Made by a program: the position numbers and the translations under genes
Shown: positions 30,924-39,280 of the stretch, piece after piece
How positions within the stretch are numbered: the first letter of the stretch is position 1
How the letters are laid out: the number at the start of each line of letters is the position of its first letter
Origin: an uncultured Bacteroidia bacterium
Lineage (GTDB): Bacteria > Bacteroidota > Bacteroidia > NS11-12g > UBA955
Assembly (NCBI GenBank): GCA_943788195.1
Contig: CALSPH010000002.1
Span: forward strand, 393,054 to 457,053
DNA length: 64,000 nt
Direction of reading: 5' to 3'
Notes under the pieces: generated by a model
What the model was told of the DNA's origin: nothing
Database searches by the model: none
What the model saw: only the letters and a program-made list of their open reading frames with translations

Positions 30924-32645
30924 ATGAAAAAGAAATTTTTATTAACTGCAATGATTACAACCTTATTCATAGGTAAATCATACTCTCAAACAAATTTAAT
31001 ACAACAAGACACAATGATTTATTGTGATCAAGATAGTGCAATCATTCAATTAAACAATTCTTATAATCTTGTGGCTTGGGAAAAAGTAGGTTCATCTGGA
31101 TTAGTTTTAAATAATCAATTGACAATACGCGAATCTGGCTTTTACTATGTCTTTGCGGCAGATTCCACCTTAGGTGACACTACAATATGTTTTAGCACTA
31201 CTGATGCTTCTATGTCTACTTTGGTAAATGTTCCTGTTGGTTATATTATTACTGATGTTATTGCAGGTTATTATGGTACTCCAATCGCAAATTGCAGTAA
31301 TCCGTTACCTGGTTCTTGTCATTTTGATGCGACAAATATTATTAGGAAAGGACTTGTTGGAAAAAAAAGCTTTCAATATTACCAAGGTTTTCATCCTGAC
31401 TTGTGCACAGGTGTAGTAAAATCATTATATGTTAAGTTACGGTGCATGAAATATATTCAAGATTCAATTTATGTTTCGTTAATAAAAAAACCATTGAATT
31501 ATACTCTAATTTCTGATACAATAATTTGTTCCAATAATAATGTTTCTTTAACATTACCTGCCTTAATATGTGACACTACTTTTATACCTGTCGATACGCT
31601 CAATCTATCTGTTACATCAAATAATGACGTCAATTCTATATCTACAAAATCTGGCAGGCTATACCAAATAAAAGTATCAAATGCTGTTTCCTACGGTGGA
31701 GGTTCGGGTAATCAGGCTGATGGAGCCTATACAAATATTACTGCTAGTCCACTTGAGAACATAACTTGGCGTATAAATGGAATGCAATTTGGTACACTTA
31801 CTGATTTTCGACCAATTCCAAATGGTTATAACCCTTCCCACGAATATTATTTTTACTTAATAGGAAATGGTGAACCGTTTGTTTTTCGTGCAAATGATTG
31901 TTGCTTGGGGGATAATTCAGGTCAATTTCAATTTATTATAAGCGAAGTGTTAATCAACCAACAATGCAACCTAAATTACATATGGTCTAATGGTAACATT
32001 GGTAATACCGTTAATTTAGCTCCTTCAAATATTCCTTACACACTGTCATTAAGCAATGGTAATAATACTTGCACGATAGATACTTTTAATGTTACTGCCC
32101 AAAACACAATTAACACACAACCACAAAATCAAATCGTAAACATTAATGCTAATGTATTTTTCTTAGCCACATCGTCTAACCTAAGCGCCAATTACCAATG
32201 GCAAACCGACCTTGGTGTAGGCTTTCAAAATTTAAATAATGTTGGGCAATATAGTGGAACTACTAACGATACACTAACGGTTTTAAATGTAATGATTAGC
32301 AATAACAATCAACCATTCCGTTGCATTGTTTCTTCTGGTTCATGTTCTGACACATCAAATGTTGCAGTTTTAACCGTGAATAATAATGTTGGCATAAATG
32401 AAACCTCACAAGACAAACTATTCTCAGTGTTTCCAAACCCTGCGCAAAGTGTAATTAATGTAAAGGCAGACAGCAAACTTATCGGGTCGGTTTATTCCAT
32501 TTATGATAACACAGGAAGAGTTGTATTATCAGGAAAGCTAAACGCTGAAAGCACAACAATTGAGTTAGATAATTTATCAGGTGGTATTTATATGATCAGT
32601 GTTGGAGAAAATATGAAGCAGGCATTTAAGGTAATAAAGGAGTAA
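30924..32645 (+). CDS. T9SS-secreted multidomain protein: SUEL/Gal-lectin-like, PA-IL-like, Ig-like and CTD (cassette 1)
   Basis: Signal peptide, YYG..C..GSC..GKK..DLCTGVVKSLYV..C, ND...DNSGQF, QPQNQ..YQWQ..FRCIV and an FPNP..GIY..KVIK CTD. Confidence 0.75.
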   Translation: MKKKFLLTAMITTLFIGKSYSQTNLIQQDTMIYCDQDSAIIQLNNSYNLVAWEKVGSSGLVLNNQLTIRESGFYYVFAADSTLGDTTICFSTTDASMSTLVNVPVGYIITDVIAGYYGTPIANCSNPLPGSCHFDATNIIRKGLVGKKSFQYYQGFHPDLCTGVVKSLYVKLRCMKYIQDSIYVSLIKKPLNYTLISDTIICSNNNVSLTLPALICDTTFIPVDTLNLSVTSNNDVNSISTKSGRLYQIKVSNAVSYGGGSGNQADGAYTNITASPLENITWRINGMQFGTLTDFRPIPNGYNPSHEYYFYLIGNGEPFVFRANDCCLGDNSGQFQFIISEVLINQQCNLNYIWSNGNIGNTVNLAPSNIPYTLSLSNGNNTCTIDTFNVTAQNTINTQPQNQIVNINANVFFLATSSNLSANYQWQTDLGVGFQNLNNVGQYSGTTNDTLTVLNVMISNNNQPFRCIVSSGSCSDTSNVAVLTVNNNVGINETSQDKLFSVFPNPAQSVINVKADSKLIGSVYSIYDNTGRVVLSGKLNAESTTIELDNLSGGIYMISVGENMKQAFKVIKE

Positions 32646-32649
32646 GCCA

Positions 32650-32784
32650 GCCCTTAACAGCACCTAAAAGAAATTGGCGGAAATGTGCTCCGCAGAAAGA
32701 TTTGTGATGAAAGAAAAATTCTTCTCCACAAAAGCATCTCGGTTAAAACCCGCCAACTTCTTTTAGCTGCAAACCGTTATGGGT
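32650..32784 (+). repeat. attC-like site A
   Basis: GCCCTTAAC-A-GCACCTAAAAGAAATTGGCGG...CCGCCAACTTCTTTTAGCTGC-AAACC-GTTATGGGT, 4 nt after the stop codon. Confidence 0.82.
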
Positions 32785-32935
32785 AATATTAATAAACAAG
32801 ATTAAGACAAAATCCACTGAATCAAACTGACTAATAAAAGAATGGTCATAGAATAGTTCAAAAAATAATATCGGGTCAGAATAAGCCGAACAAGACCAAA
32901 AAATTTGAAGTAGGCAAAACTTAAATTATAATGAG

Positions 32936-33343
32936 ATGAAAAAAAATATTTTCCTAAGTCTTCTTTTAGTAACACTTTTTGGTTTCTCCGCAATGTCGCA
33001 GTCAATTATTGTAAAAGATGGAAATTATAATATCCAATTGCGTATTGACGGTGATATTGTGAAAAATAATAATTATGATATTATTGGCCGAATTGACGGT
33101 AGCATAATTAAAGACGGTAATTATAATATTATTTGCCGAATTGACGGGAACACAATTAAAGATGGTAATTATAATATTATTGGCCGAATTGACGGGAACA
33201 CAATTAAAGATGGTAATTATAATATTGTTGGCCGAATTGACGGGAACATAATTAAAGATGGCAATTATAATATTGTTGGCCGAATTGACGGTTCACCAAG
33301 AAGTAAACAAATGATTTCAATTCTGTATTTTCTTGTATTGTGA
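32936..33343 (+). CDS. Exported 16-aa tandem-repeat protein, beta-flower-like (cassette 2)
   Basis: Signal peptide plus six IKDGNYNIIGRIDGNT-type units. Confidence 0.75.
   Translation: MKKNIFLSLLLVTLFGFSAMSQSIIVKDGNYNIQLRIDGDIVKNNNYDIIGRIDGSIIKDGNYNIICRIDGNTIKDGNYNIIGRIDGNTIKDGNYNIVGRIDGNIIKDGNYNIVGRIDGSPRSKQMISILYFLVL
33005..33292 (+). repeat. Coding tandem repeat, 6 x 48 bp
   Basis: Units like ACAATTAAAGATGGTAATTATAATATTATTGGCCGAATTGACGGGAAC, in frame. Confidence 0.9.
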
Positions 33344-33447
33344 TATTTTGTACCATATACATTAGAGAAAAATGGAATTATTGGAAATGCTTGGAAGTTA
33401 AATAAATGACACCGTTATTATTTTGACTACTACTCCGATAAATAAAA

Positions 33448-33512
33448 ACCCATAACACAGTGTATAGTGCATACCCTTCGGGATACGCACCATACACAAA
33501 ACGTTGTGTTTA
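33448..33512 (+). repeat. attC-like site B
   Basis: ACCCATAAC-ACA-GTGTATAGTGCATACCC-TTC-GGGATACGCACCATACAC-AAAAC-GTTGTGTTTA. Confidence 0.85.
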
Positions 33513-33515
33513 ATT

Positions 33516-34362
33516 ATGAGAATTACTTTTTCCATATTTACCATTCTAATTTGCTCAAACTTATTTGGGCAAAGCATACTTCTGGATACCAATATTGTTG
33601 GTGCATTAAACGAGGTAAATAGAATAAGGCATATCGCAGGATTGGATAGTGTGTCTCTTTCAAAAGAATTAAGTAAAGGCTGTTCCCTTCATGCAAAATA
33701 CCTTGCGATTAATAAAGGGAACCCCAAAATACAAGGTCTTAATGCTCATAAAGAATATAAATCATTAAAAGGAGCTACGCTTGAAGGAATGAAGGCAGGT
33801 AAAAACTCTGTCATCAATTATATTATGCCAAAAGAGTCAGTAGCTGGTTGGGAAGCTACTTTTTATCATAGAATCCCATTATTACAACCAAAATTAAAAG
33901 AAATAGGAATCGGCTATTTTATCCCTAACAATTCTTACCCTATCAGCCTAGTTGAATGTATAACTGGAGCAACAGGAACCGACACGACTTCAATAGTCTA
34001 CTACCCTGCAAAGGAACAGCAAGATGTTCCAACAGCTATGGGAGCAGAAATTCCACACCCAATGGGAAGTCAAGGAGATTATGGTTACCCAATTACAATT
34101 TATTTTTGCAAATGGCAGGAAATCAAAAATGTAACATTAAGACTGAATAAATCAGACACACTTATTGATTGCAATATATCAACACCAGAATAAACCAGCA
34201 ACAAACTTTCCCCAATGGAACACAATATGTGCCATACCTAAAAAGCCTTTAGAACCGAATACTGTTTACAAAATTTCATTTAGCTGTACAATAAATGGAG
34301 TACTTCATCGAGAAGAATATCAATTTAAAACTAAACACAACGGGTTAGTATATGAAAAGTAG
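33516..34362 (+). pseudogene. CAP/SCP-domain exported protein, frameshifted near 34191 (cassette 3)
   Basis: LNEVN..R..AGL, HAKYL and W..TFYHRIPLL.P.L.EIG.G. The reading continues in another frame after ISTPE (KPATNF...PKKPLEPNTVYKI). Confidence 0.7.
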
Positions 34363-34469
34363 GCGATTTCTAAACACAAAACTTTCAGTTAAGCACAAAG
34401 TTTGATATGAGCCAAAAGCCTTGAATTTACTACTATTCCGCCTATTTTTTATATACATTGTTACCAAAC
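34332..34469 (-). repeat. attC-like site C (inverted orientation)
   Basis: Minus strand reads GTTTGGTAAC-AAT-GTATATAAAAAATAGGCG...CGCCTACTTTTCATATAC-TAACCC-GTTGTGTTTA. Spacer asymmetry is reversed relative to the other sites. Confidence 0.82.
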
Positions 34470-34535
34470 GTGTTTTTTAAATGAGCTCGATTAAACTTTT
34501 ACAATTAAGGTAAATGGTTAAATCTGTCCTATTCT

Positions 34536-35864
34536 TTAAAATGATATCTGTGCTCCTAAAACAATTCCCATGCTATTGGCATCTCTATCACTATGAGTGG
34601 TGCCAGGAGGGAATGGATCAAAGTCAGCACTTCCACTTATAAAATTTAATGGAGCAAAACCTTCAGTTCTGAATATTTCAACAAATAGTTTTGCTGATTT
34701 ATTCATTAAGGCTTGATATCCTAGAACATACTGGTTTTGTCTTTCCCAGGGAGCCCCATTTGGTCCAGCTATAAAATTTGAAAATTCTCCAGAAAGTGTA
34801 TGTTTGATTTTACCTACTTTATTTAAATCATATTTTGCACCAAGACTCAATGAACTAACTTTAGAGGCTTCAAATATATTTAGTGGTGGTGTTGGATTAA
34901 ATGTACCTTCCCATTCATCAAAAGTTTTTGCAAATGAAGCCATTACGATAAGACGATTATTTACATCTAATGTACCGTATACAGTATACTCAGGATTGTT
35001 TTCTTCACAAGGTGTAAAATGAAAAACAGGAAAGCCTTGGCAATATGCACCTCCTTTTTTATATGATGCACCAGCTTTTAAATTTACTTTATCAGAAATA
35101 ACTAATTTATAGTTTAAATCTGCAACAAGATTGTTAAGTTTTGAAGGCACAGCAGTTGCATTCCCAACAGGTACATGTAATGCTCTAAATTGAGCACCTC
35201 CTTGAGCCAACATGATTTTAGCATGAAGCCCTCCTTTATTATATCCAATCTGGGCACCGTAACCTAGACCACCGAATGCATGCCACATAGTTGAATTAGT
35301 AAATGGGTTTACAGTTCCCATTTGTCCGAATGGAGCATCCATTTTTCCCACAGCACTGTAAAATGGTGATTTATTCAAGTTTCCAAAAACTACAAACGCT
35401 TTCCTTAATTGAATTTGATTTCTATTTAGATTTGTAATAGTACCTGAGCCAAAACTTTGTTCAGGGTTATATAATAATTCAGCATAGGAAGTTATCCAAC
35501 TATTAATGGTAGCTGTGACTGATAACTGAAAAGAATGAATCACGGCCTCACTTACATCTTTTCCAATCTGATTATTTGCAGTTGGATGCCTCATAAGATA
35601 ACCAAATTTTGAGTCTGTATTAGAATGCTGGTAATCAACAATAGAAATTAATGAAGTACCAATAATTAAATTGTTATTTTTAATAAGTTCATTTTTCTTT
35701 GAATTGAGAAGTATTTCTACTTTTCTTAAATTTTGGTTTTGATCTAGCATTTTGTAACTAAACTCAGGGTTGATTCCAATTCTTTTAATAGCGGTTGTGT
35801 CGATTTGAGCTAATGCGTAATTCCCTATCAGAAGTAGGGTTAGGAGGAAGAATATTTTTTTCAT
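34536..35864 (-). CDS. Outer-membrane beta-barrel, LbtU/FslE-like porin (cassette 4, inverted)
   Basis: Signal peptide, AFVVFGNLNKSPFY..GKMDAPFG motif, alternating beta pattern and terminal Phe. Confidence 0.6.
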   Translation of the reverse strand: MKKIFFLLTLLLIGNYALAQIDTTAIKRIGINPEFSYKMLDQNQNLRKVEILLNSKKNELIKNNNLIIGTSLISIVDYQHSNTDSKFGYLMRHPTANNQIGKDVSEAVIHSFQLSVTATINSWITSYAELLYNPEQSFGSGTITNLNRNQIQLRKAFVVFGNLNKSPFYSAVGKMDAPFGQMGTVNPFTNSTMWHAFGGLGYGAQIGYNKGGLHAKIMLAQGGAQFRALHVPVGNATAVPSKLNNLVADLNYKLVISDKVNLKAGASYKKGGAYCQGFPVFHFTPCEENNPEYTVYGTLDVNNRLIVMASFAKTFDEWEGTFNPTPPLNIFEASKVSSLSLGAKYDLNKVGKIKHTLSGEFSNFIAGPNGAPWERQNQYVLGYQALMNKSAKLFVEIFRTEGFAPLNFISGSADFDPFPPGTTHSDRDANSMGIVLGAQISF

Positions 35865-35905
35865 ATTTTAAAGTATTTAAGTTTTATTTGTTTCAGTTAA
35901 TTTAT

Positions 35906-35982
35906 GTTTGGTAACAAAGGCTAAAATACATAACCTAACCTACCAAACCAATTTTACGTATTTTAGCCAGAACGTTATGGGC
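35906..35982 (+). repeat. attC-like site D
   Basis: GTTTGGTAAC-AAA-GGCTAAAATACATAA...TTACGTATTTTAGCC-AGAAC-GTTATGGGC. Confidence 0.85.
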
Positions 35983-36059
35983 AAGTTTGAAAAATCACAA
36001 ACTAAATTATACTATTTGATAGGGAATTAGACTTAAAAAAACTTAATAATATATCTAAA

Positions 36060-37238
36060 ATGAAAAAAATAACATTACAATTTCTTTTATTCTGTTGCTT
36101 AAGCGTTTCAGCTTATGGCCAATGGCAACCATCTGCAGGAACGGCTGGATTAAATATGCAGTCATTATTAACAAATGGCATCTACAATTTTGCAGGAGGA
36201 CAAACGGGAGCTTACCTTTCCACTGATAGTGCCGCAAATTATTCATTATCAAATACCGGAAATGACAATATTGGTCCTACAAGAGGTTTTACAAAGGATA
36301 ACAATTATATCTATACTTGCACAAGTCAAGGTGCTTTTAGAAGCTCTGACAATGGAGCAACTTGGGTTTCTAAAAGTGTTGGATTAACCAATTTACTAGG
36401 AGGCGGAATTTTAAATGCAGGCACAAGATTGTTTTATGTAGGACCAACTGGTGTTTTTATGTCAACGAACCAAGGAGATAATTGGAGTGCAGCAGGTTTA
36501 TCAACAACAGATGTAAGATGCATTACAGCAATAAATGACACATTATTTGTTGGAACAAATGGCGCTGGTATTTATAAAAGTATTGATTGGGGAGCTAACT
36601 GGATTCCAATTAATAATGGCTTAGGCGGTTCTACAAATTTTAGAGCCATAGAAAGCAAAGGAAACATACTTTTCGCTGGTGGACAAATAGGAACAGGCGT
36701 TTATCGCTCCACAGATTTTGGTGCAAATTGGACATTATTAGGAGGAGGGCTTGCATCAGGATCTTATAGGGGATTTGCCAGCAACTCACAGTTAATTGTT
36801 GCTGGCTCTTTTGGCGCAGGTGTTTTTTACTCAACAGATAATGGCAATAATTGGACAGCAATCAATACTGGTTTAACTGATTTGACTATTTTTGATTTAG
36901 AACTTAACGACAATTACATAATTGCAGCTACTAATACTCAAGGGGTATTTCGTTTTGCGCTTTCTAATCTGAATTTATCTACCGACATATCTGATTTTGA
37001 TTTAAAAAATGCAATTTCTCTTTTTCCTAATCCAACCACAAATCAAATCAATGTAAAATCCGATTGTAAAATTATTGGAACGGCATATACTATCTATGAC
37101 AATTTAGGTAAAGCCATTTTATCAGGATTAATAAATTATGAGAATGCTATTATAGAAATGGGGCATTTAACTGGTGGCATTTATACGTTGAGTATTGGAG
37201 AAAATAAGAAACAAGTGTTCAAAATAATTAAACAATAA
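36060..37238 (+). CDS. Asp-box/BNR beta-propeller protein with T9SS CTD (cassette 5)
   Basis: Repeated S-x-D-x-G-x-N/T-W motifs and an FPNP...GIY...KIIK CTD. Confidence 0.85.
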   Translation: MKKITLQFLLFCCLSVSAYGQWQPSAGTAGLNMQSLLTNGIYNFAGGQTGAYLSTDSAANYSLSNTGNDNIGPTRGFTKDNNYIYTCTSQGAFRSSDNGATWVSKSVGLTNLLGGGILNAGTRLFYVGPTGVFMSTNQGDNWSAAGLSTTDVRCITAINDTLFVGTNGAGIYKSIDWGANWIPINNGLGGSTNFRAIESKGNILFAGGQIGTGVYRSTDFGANWTLLGGGLASGSYRGFASNSQLIVAGSFGAGVFYSTDNGNNWTAINTGLTDLTIFDLELNDNYIIAATNTQGVFRFALSNLNLSTDISDFDLKNAISLFPNPTTNQINVKSDCKIIGTAYTIYDNLGKAILSGLINYENAIIEMGHLTGGIYTLSIGENKKQVFKIIKQ

Positions 37239-37243
37239 AACCA

Positions 37244-37326
37244 GCCCATAACAGCGTGTAAGCAATATTGCCTTGCCGCGGGCGCAACACAAGGAAAAAT
37301 CGCCTACACGCAAAACGTTAGCGTTA
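37244..37326 (+). repeat. attC-like site E
   Basis: GCCCATAAC-A-GCGTGTAAGCAATATTGCCTTG...CAAGGAAAAATCGCCTACACGC-AAAAC-GTTAGCGTTA. Confidence 0.85.
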
Positions 37327-37341
37327 ATAAAATCAAAATAA

Positions 37342-38211
37342 ATGAATAAGATGACGAAAATAATTTTAAGTGCGATGATGGTTTTTACTATGACTATTGC
37401 AAATGCACAAAGTAAGAAGGAACAGATTGAAAATCTAACTTTTTCATTAGATAGCTTGAATCAATTAGTAGCTGTCGAACGGCAAAACTTCATCACTACT
37501 TTAGATAGCTTGAATCAACTTCTTAGTAAGAACAAACAAGATTTTGAATTAGAGATGGACAAATCTAGTATCACAATCGAGAACCTCAATTCTCAATTAA
37601 TTAGATTGTATTCGATAAATGATTCAATAAACATTGAACTCATAACTAAGGATCAAAAAATAGACTCACTAACACTAAAGAACTTGAGGCTTTTAGCAGA
37701 TATAGATTCGTTAAGTAACCCTAAAATTGACAAAGAGAATAATTGGATTTTAATCGAAAGTAATCTTAAATGGATAGAGAAAGATTATAGTACAACAATA
37801 CAATGGCTTAATAATAATATTTTTGATGAAGGCTCAGAAATTCAAACAACTCGCCAAGACATTTACACCCCCACCTGCTATTCATATGTAATGGATGCTA
37901 TGGACTATTATTGGGGCTATCCTGGTAGTATAGAAGAAGACGAATTTAAATCAAAATGGAATTCAATGTTTGATTTGAAGTACTCGTCTTTCGGTCACGC
38001 ATTCCAAAATGGAAATTGTGGTTGGGCATCATTTAAATTGGAAAACATAGAGTTCCTAGGGTCTCTAAATGACGGGGATTGGTGTAAATTAACAATTTTA
38101 GGAGGATGTGGTGAAAATGATTATTCACAAACGCTTGTAAGAGTAGTAAAAATAATAGAAGAAAACGGCTCTTTTAGAATCGCAAATTTTATATCACTAA
38201 GAGATGAATAA
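37342..38211 (+). CDS. Hypothetical exported protein with N-terminal coiled coil (cassette 6)
   Basis: Signal peptide ending ANA-Q and repeated LDSLNQL heptads. The stop codon overlaps the next site's core. Confidence 0.75.
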   Translation: MNKMTKIILSAMMVFTMTIANAQSKKEQIENLTFSLDSLNQLVAVERQNFITTLDSLNQLLSKNKQDFELEMDKSSITIENLNSQLIRLYSINDSINIELITKDQKIDSLTLKNLRLLADIDSLSNPKIDKENNWILIESNLKWIEKDYSTTIQWLNNNIFDEGSEIQTTRQDIYTPTCYSYVMDAMDYYWGYPGSIEEDEFKSKWNSMFDLKYSSFGHAFQNGNCGWASFKLENIEFLGSLNDGDWCKLTILGGCGENDYSQTLVRVVKIIEENGSFRIANFISLRDE

Positions 38212-38265
38212 CGCTAACAACACCTAAACTGCATTAAAACGCAGTTTAGCCTAAACGTTATGGGT
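38209..38265 (+). repeat. attC-like site F
   Basis: TAACGCTAAC-AACAC-CTAAACTGC-ATTAAAAC-GCAGTTTAG-CCTAAAC-GTTATGGGT. Confidence 0.85.
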
Positions 38266-38341
38266 AAGTTGAAAACATATTGCGGTCAAAGAGATCATCT
38301 AAAACATAATGGTTCATCCAAAATATTTGTAAAACTCTTTT

Positions 38342-38349
38342 TATATTTG
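38342..38349 (+). promoter_or_regulatory. Putative -7 promoter box inside ORF-less cassette 7
   Basis: TATATTTG matches TAnnTTTG. No clearly spaced -33 box. Confidence 0.4.
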
Positions 38350-38372
38350 AAAATAAAATTATAAAAAACCCA

Positions 38373-38444
38373 ACCCATAACAATTTGTATAGCGCATATG
38401 CTCCCTGCGGGATGCAAACGCATCATACTAGGACCGTTATGGGC
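38373..38444 (+). repeat. attC-like site G
   Basis: ACCCATAAC-AATTT-GTATAGCGCATATGCTCCC-TGC-GGGATGCAAACGCATCATAC-TAGGACC-GTTATGGGC. Confidence 0.8.
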
Positions 38445-38557
38445 AATTAAAAAGAATAATTGTAAATCTAGATAATGTGGAGTCCAGAACCCACAAAAAT
38501 AAACGGGGCGATACTGAAATGCCTTATGATTAGGAACAAAATTTAAATAAAATAATT

Positions 38558-39157
38558 ATGAAAAAAGTAATGACAATTTTTGGAGCAATTCTATTTGCTT
38601 CAATAAACTTAACAAGTTGCGGGAGCGATTCAAAGTCGAAATCTGTTGAAAAGACAAATGAGGAATCTGCTGCAATAACTGAAGATACAAATCAGAAATC
38701 TACTGCAATTATTGAAGATATTGTAAATGACGATAATACTGAATATTACATAATTGAAGACCCAGACGGTTATTCTAATTTAAGAGAAGTGCCAAGTGGT
38801 AATGTTATAAGAAAAGTATATAGCAGTGAGAAGTTTGAGATAATAGGTGAGGAAAATAAATATAAAAAAGTGCAGTTCCCTGACGCCTCAACCGGCTATA
38901 TCCACAACTCAAGAGTTGTTAACTTTAATGTCAAGGTTTGCGAATGTCTCCATTCAGCTGATGAAATGATAAATAAAGATTTAGATAAAGACTTCAGTAC
39001 TGGTTCAGAAACAGGTTTTTCAGACAACTGGAAGCCATCATACACAGAAAGACTTGTTGAAATTTTTAGATATAATCAATGCCCAAAGGGCTGTGATTTT
39101 CTGGGTGATCATGATGTAATAGATTTTCAAAGTGAAATTCAACGTTGCTCAGAGTAG
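38558..39157 (+). CDS. Lipoprotein with SH3b-like domain (cassette 8)
   Basis: Lipobox LTSC and DPDGYSNLR..P...GYIHNSRV. Confidence 0.75.
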   Translation: MKKVMTIFGAILFASINLTSCGSDSKSKSVEKTNEESAAITEDTNQKSTAIIEDIVNDDNTEYYIIEDPDGYSNLREVPSGNVIRKVYSSEKFEIIGEENKYKKVQFPDASTGYIHNSRVVNFNVKVCECLHSADEMINKDLDKDFSTGSETGFSDNWKPSYTERLVEIFRYNQCPKGCDFLGDHDVIDFQSEIQRCSE

Positions 39158-39200
39158 TTTAACGTTTTATATCAGGAAGTTTTAATAAAAATTAAACTTT

Positions 39201-39256
39201 CACATAACAACACCTAAACTGCATTAAAACGCAGCTTAGCTAAAACCGTTGTAAAC
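39201..39256 (+). repeat. attC-like site H (near copy of site F)
   Basis: CACATAAC-AACAC-CTAAACTGC-ATTAAAAC-GCAGCTTAG-CTAAAACC-GTTGTAAAC. Confidence 0.85.
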
Positions 39257-39280
39257 CAATTAAAAATCAAATTATAAATA

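Noticed and set aside
33005..33292. Regular ~48-bp repeats as a CRISPR array
   Set aside because: Units are contiguous without unique spacers, are a multiple of 3 and lie in frame in a signal-peptide ORF. No cas genes are present.
32802..33592. Short minus-strand ORFs 32802-33005 and 33398-33592 (and similar antisense ORFs across the window)
   Set aside because: They overlap better-supported genes or recombination sites and have no recognisable motifs; treated as shadow ORFs.
30924..37238. Diversity-generating retroelement or retron explaining the similar CTDs
   Set aside because: No reverse transcriptase is present, and the differences are not confined to adenines.
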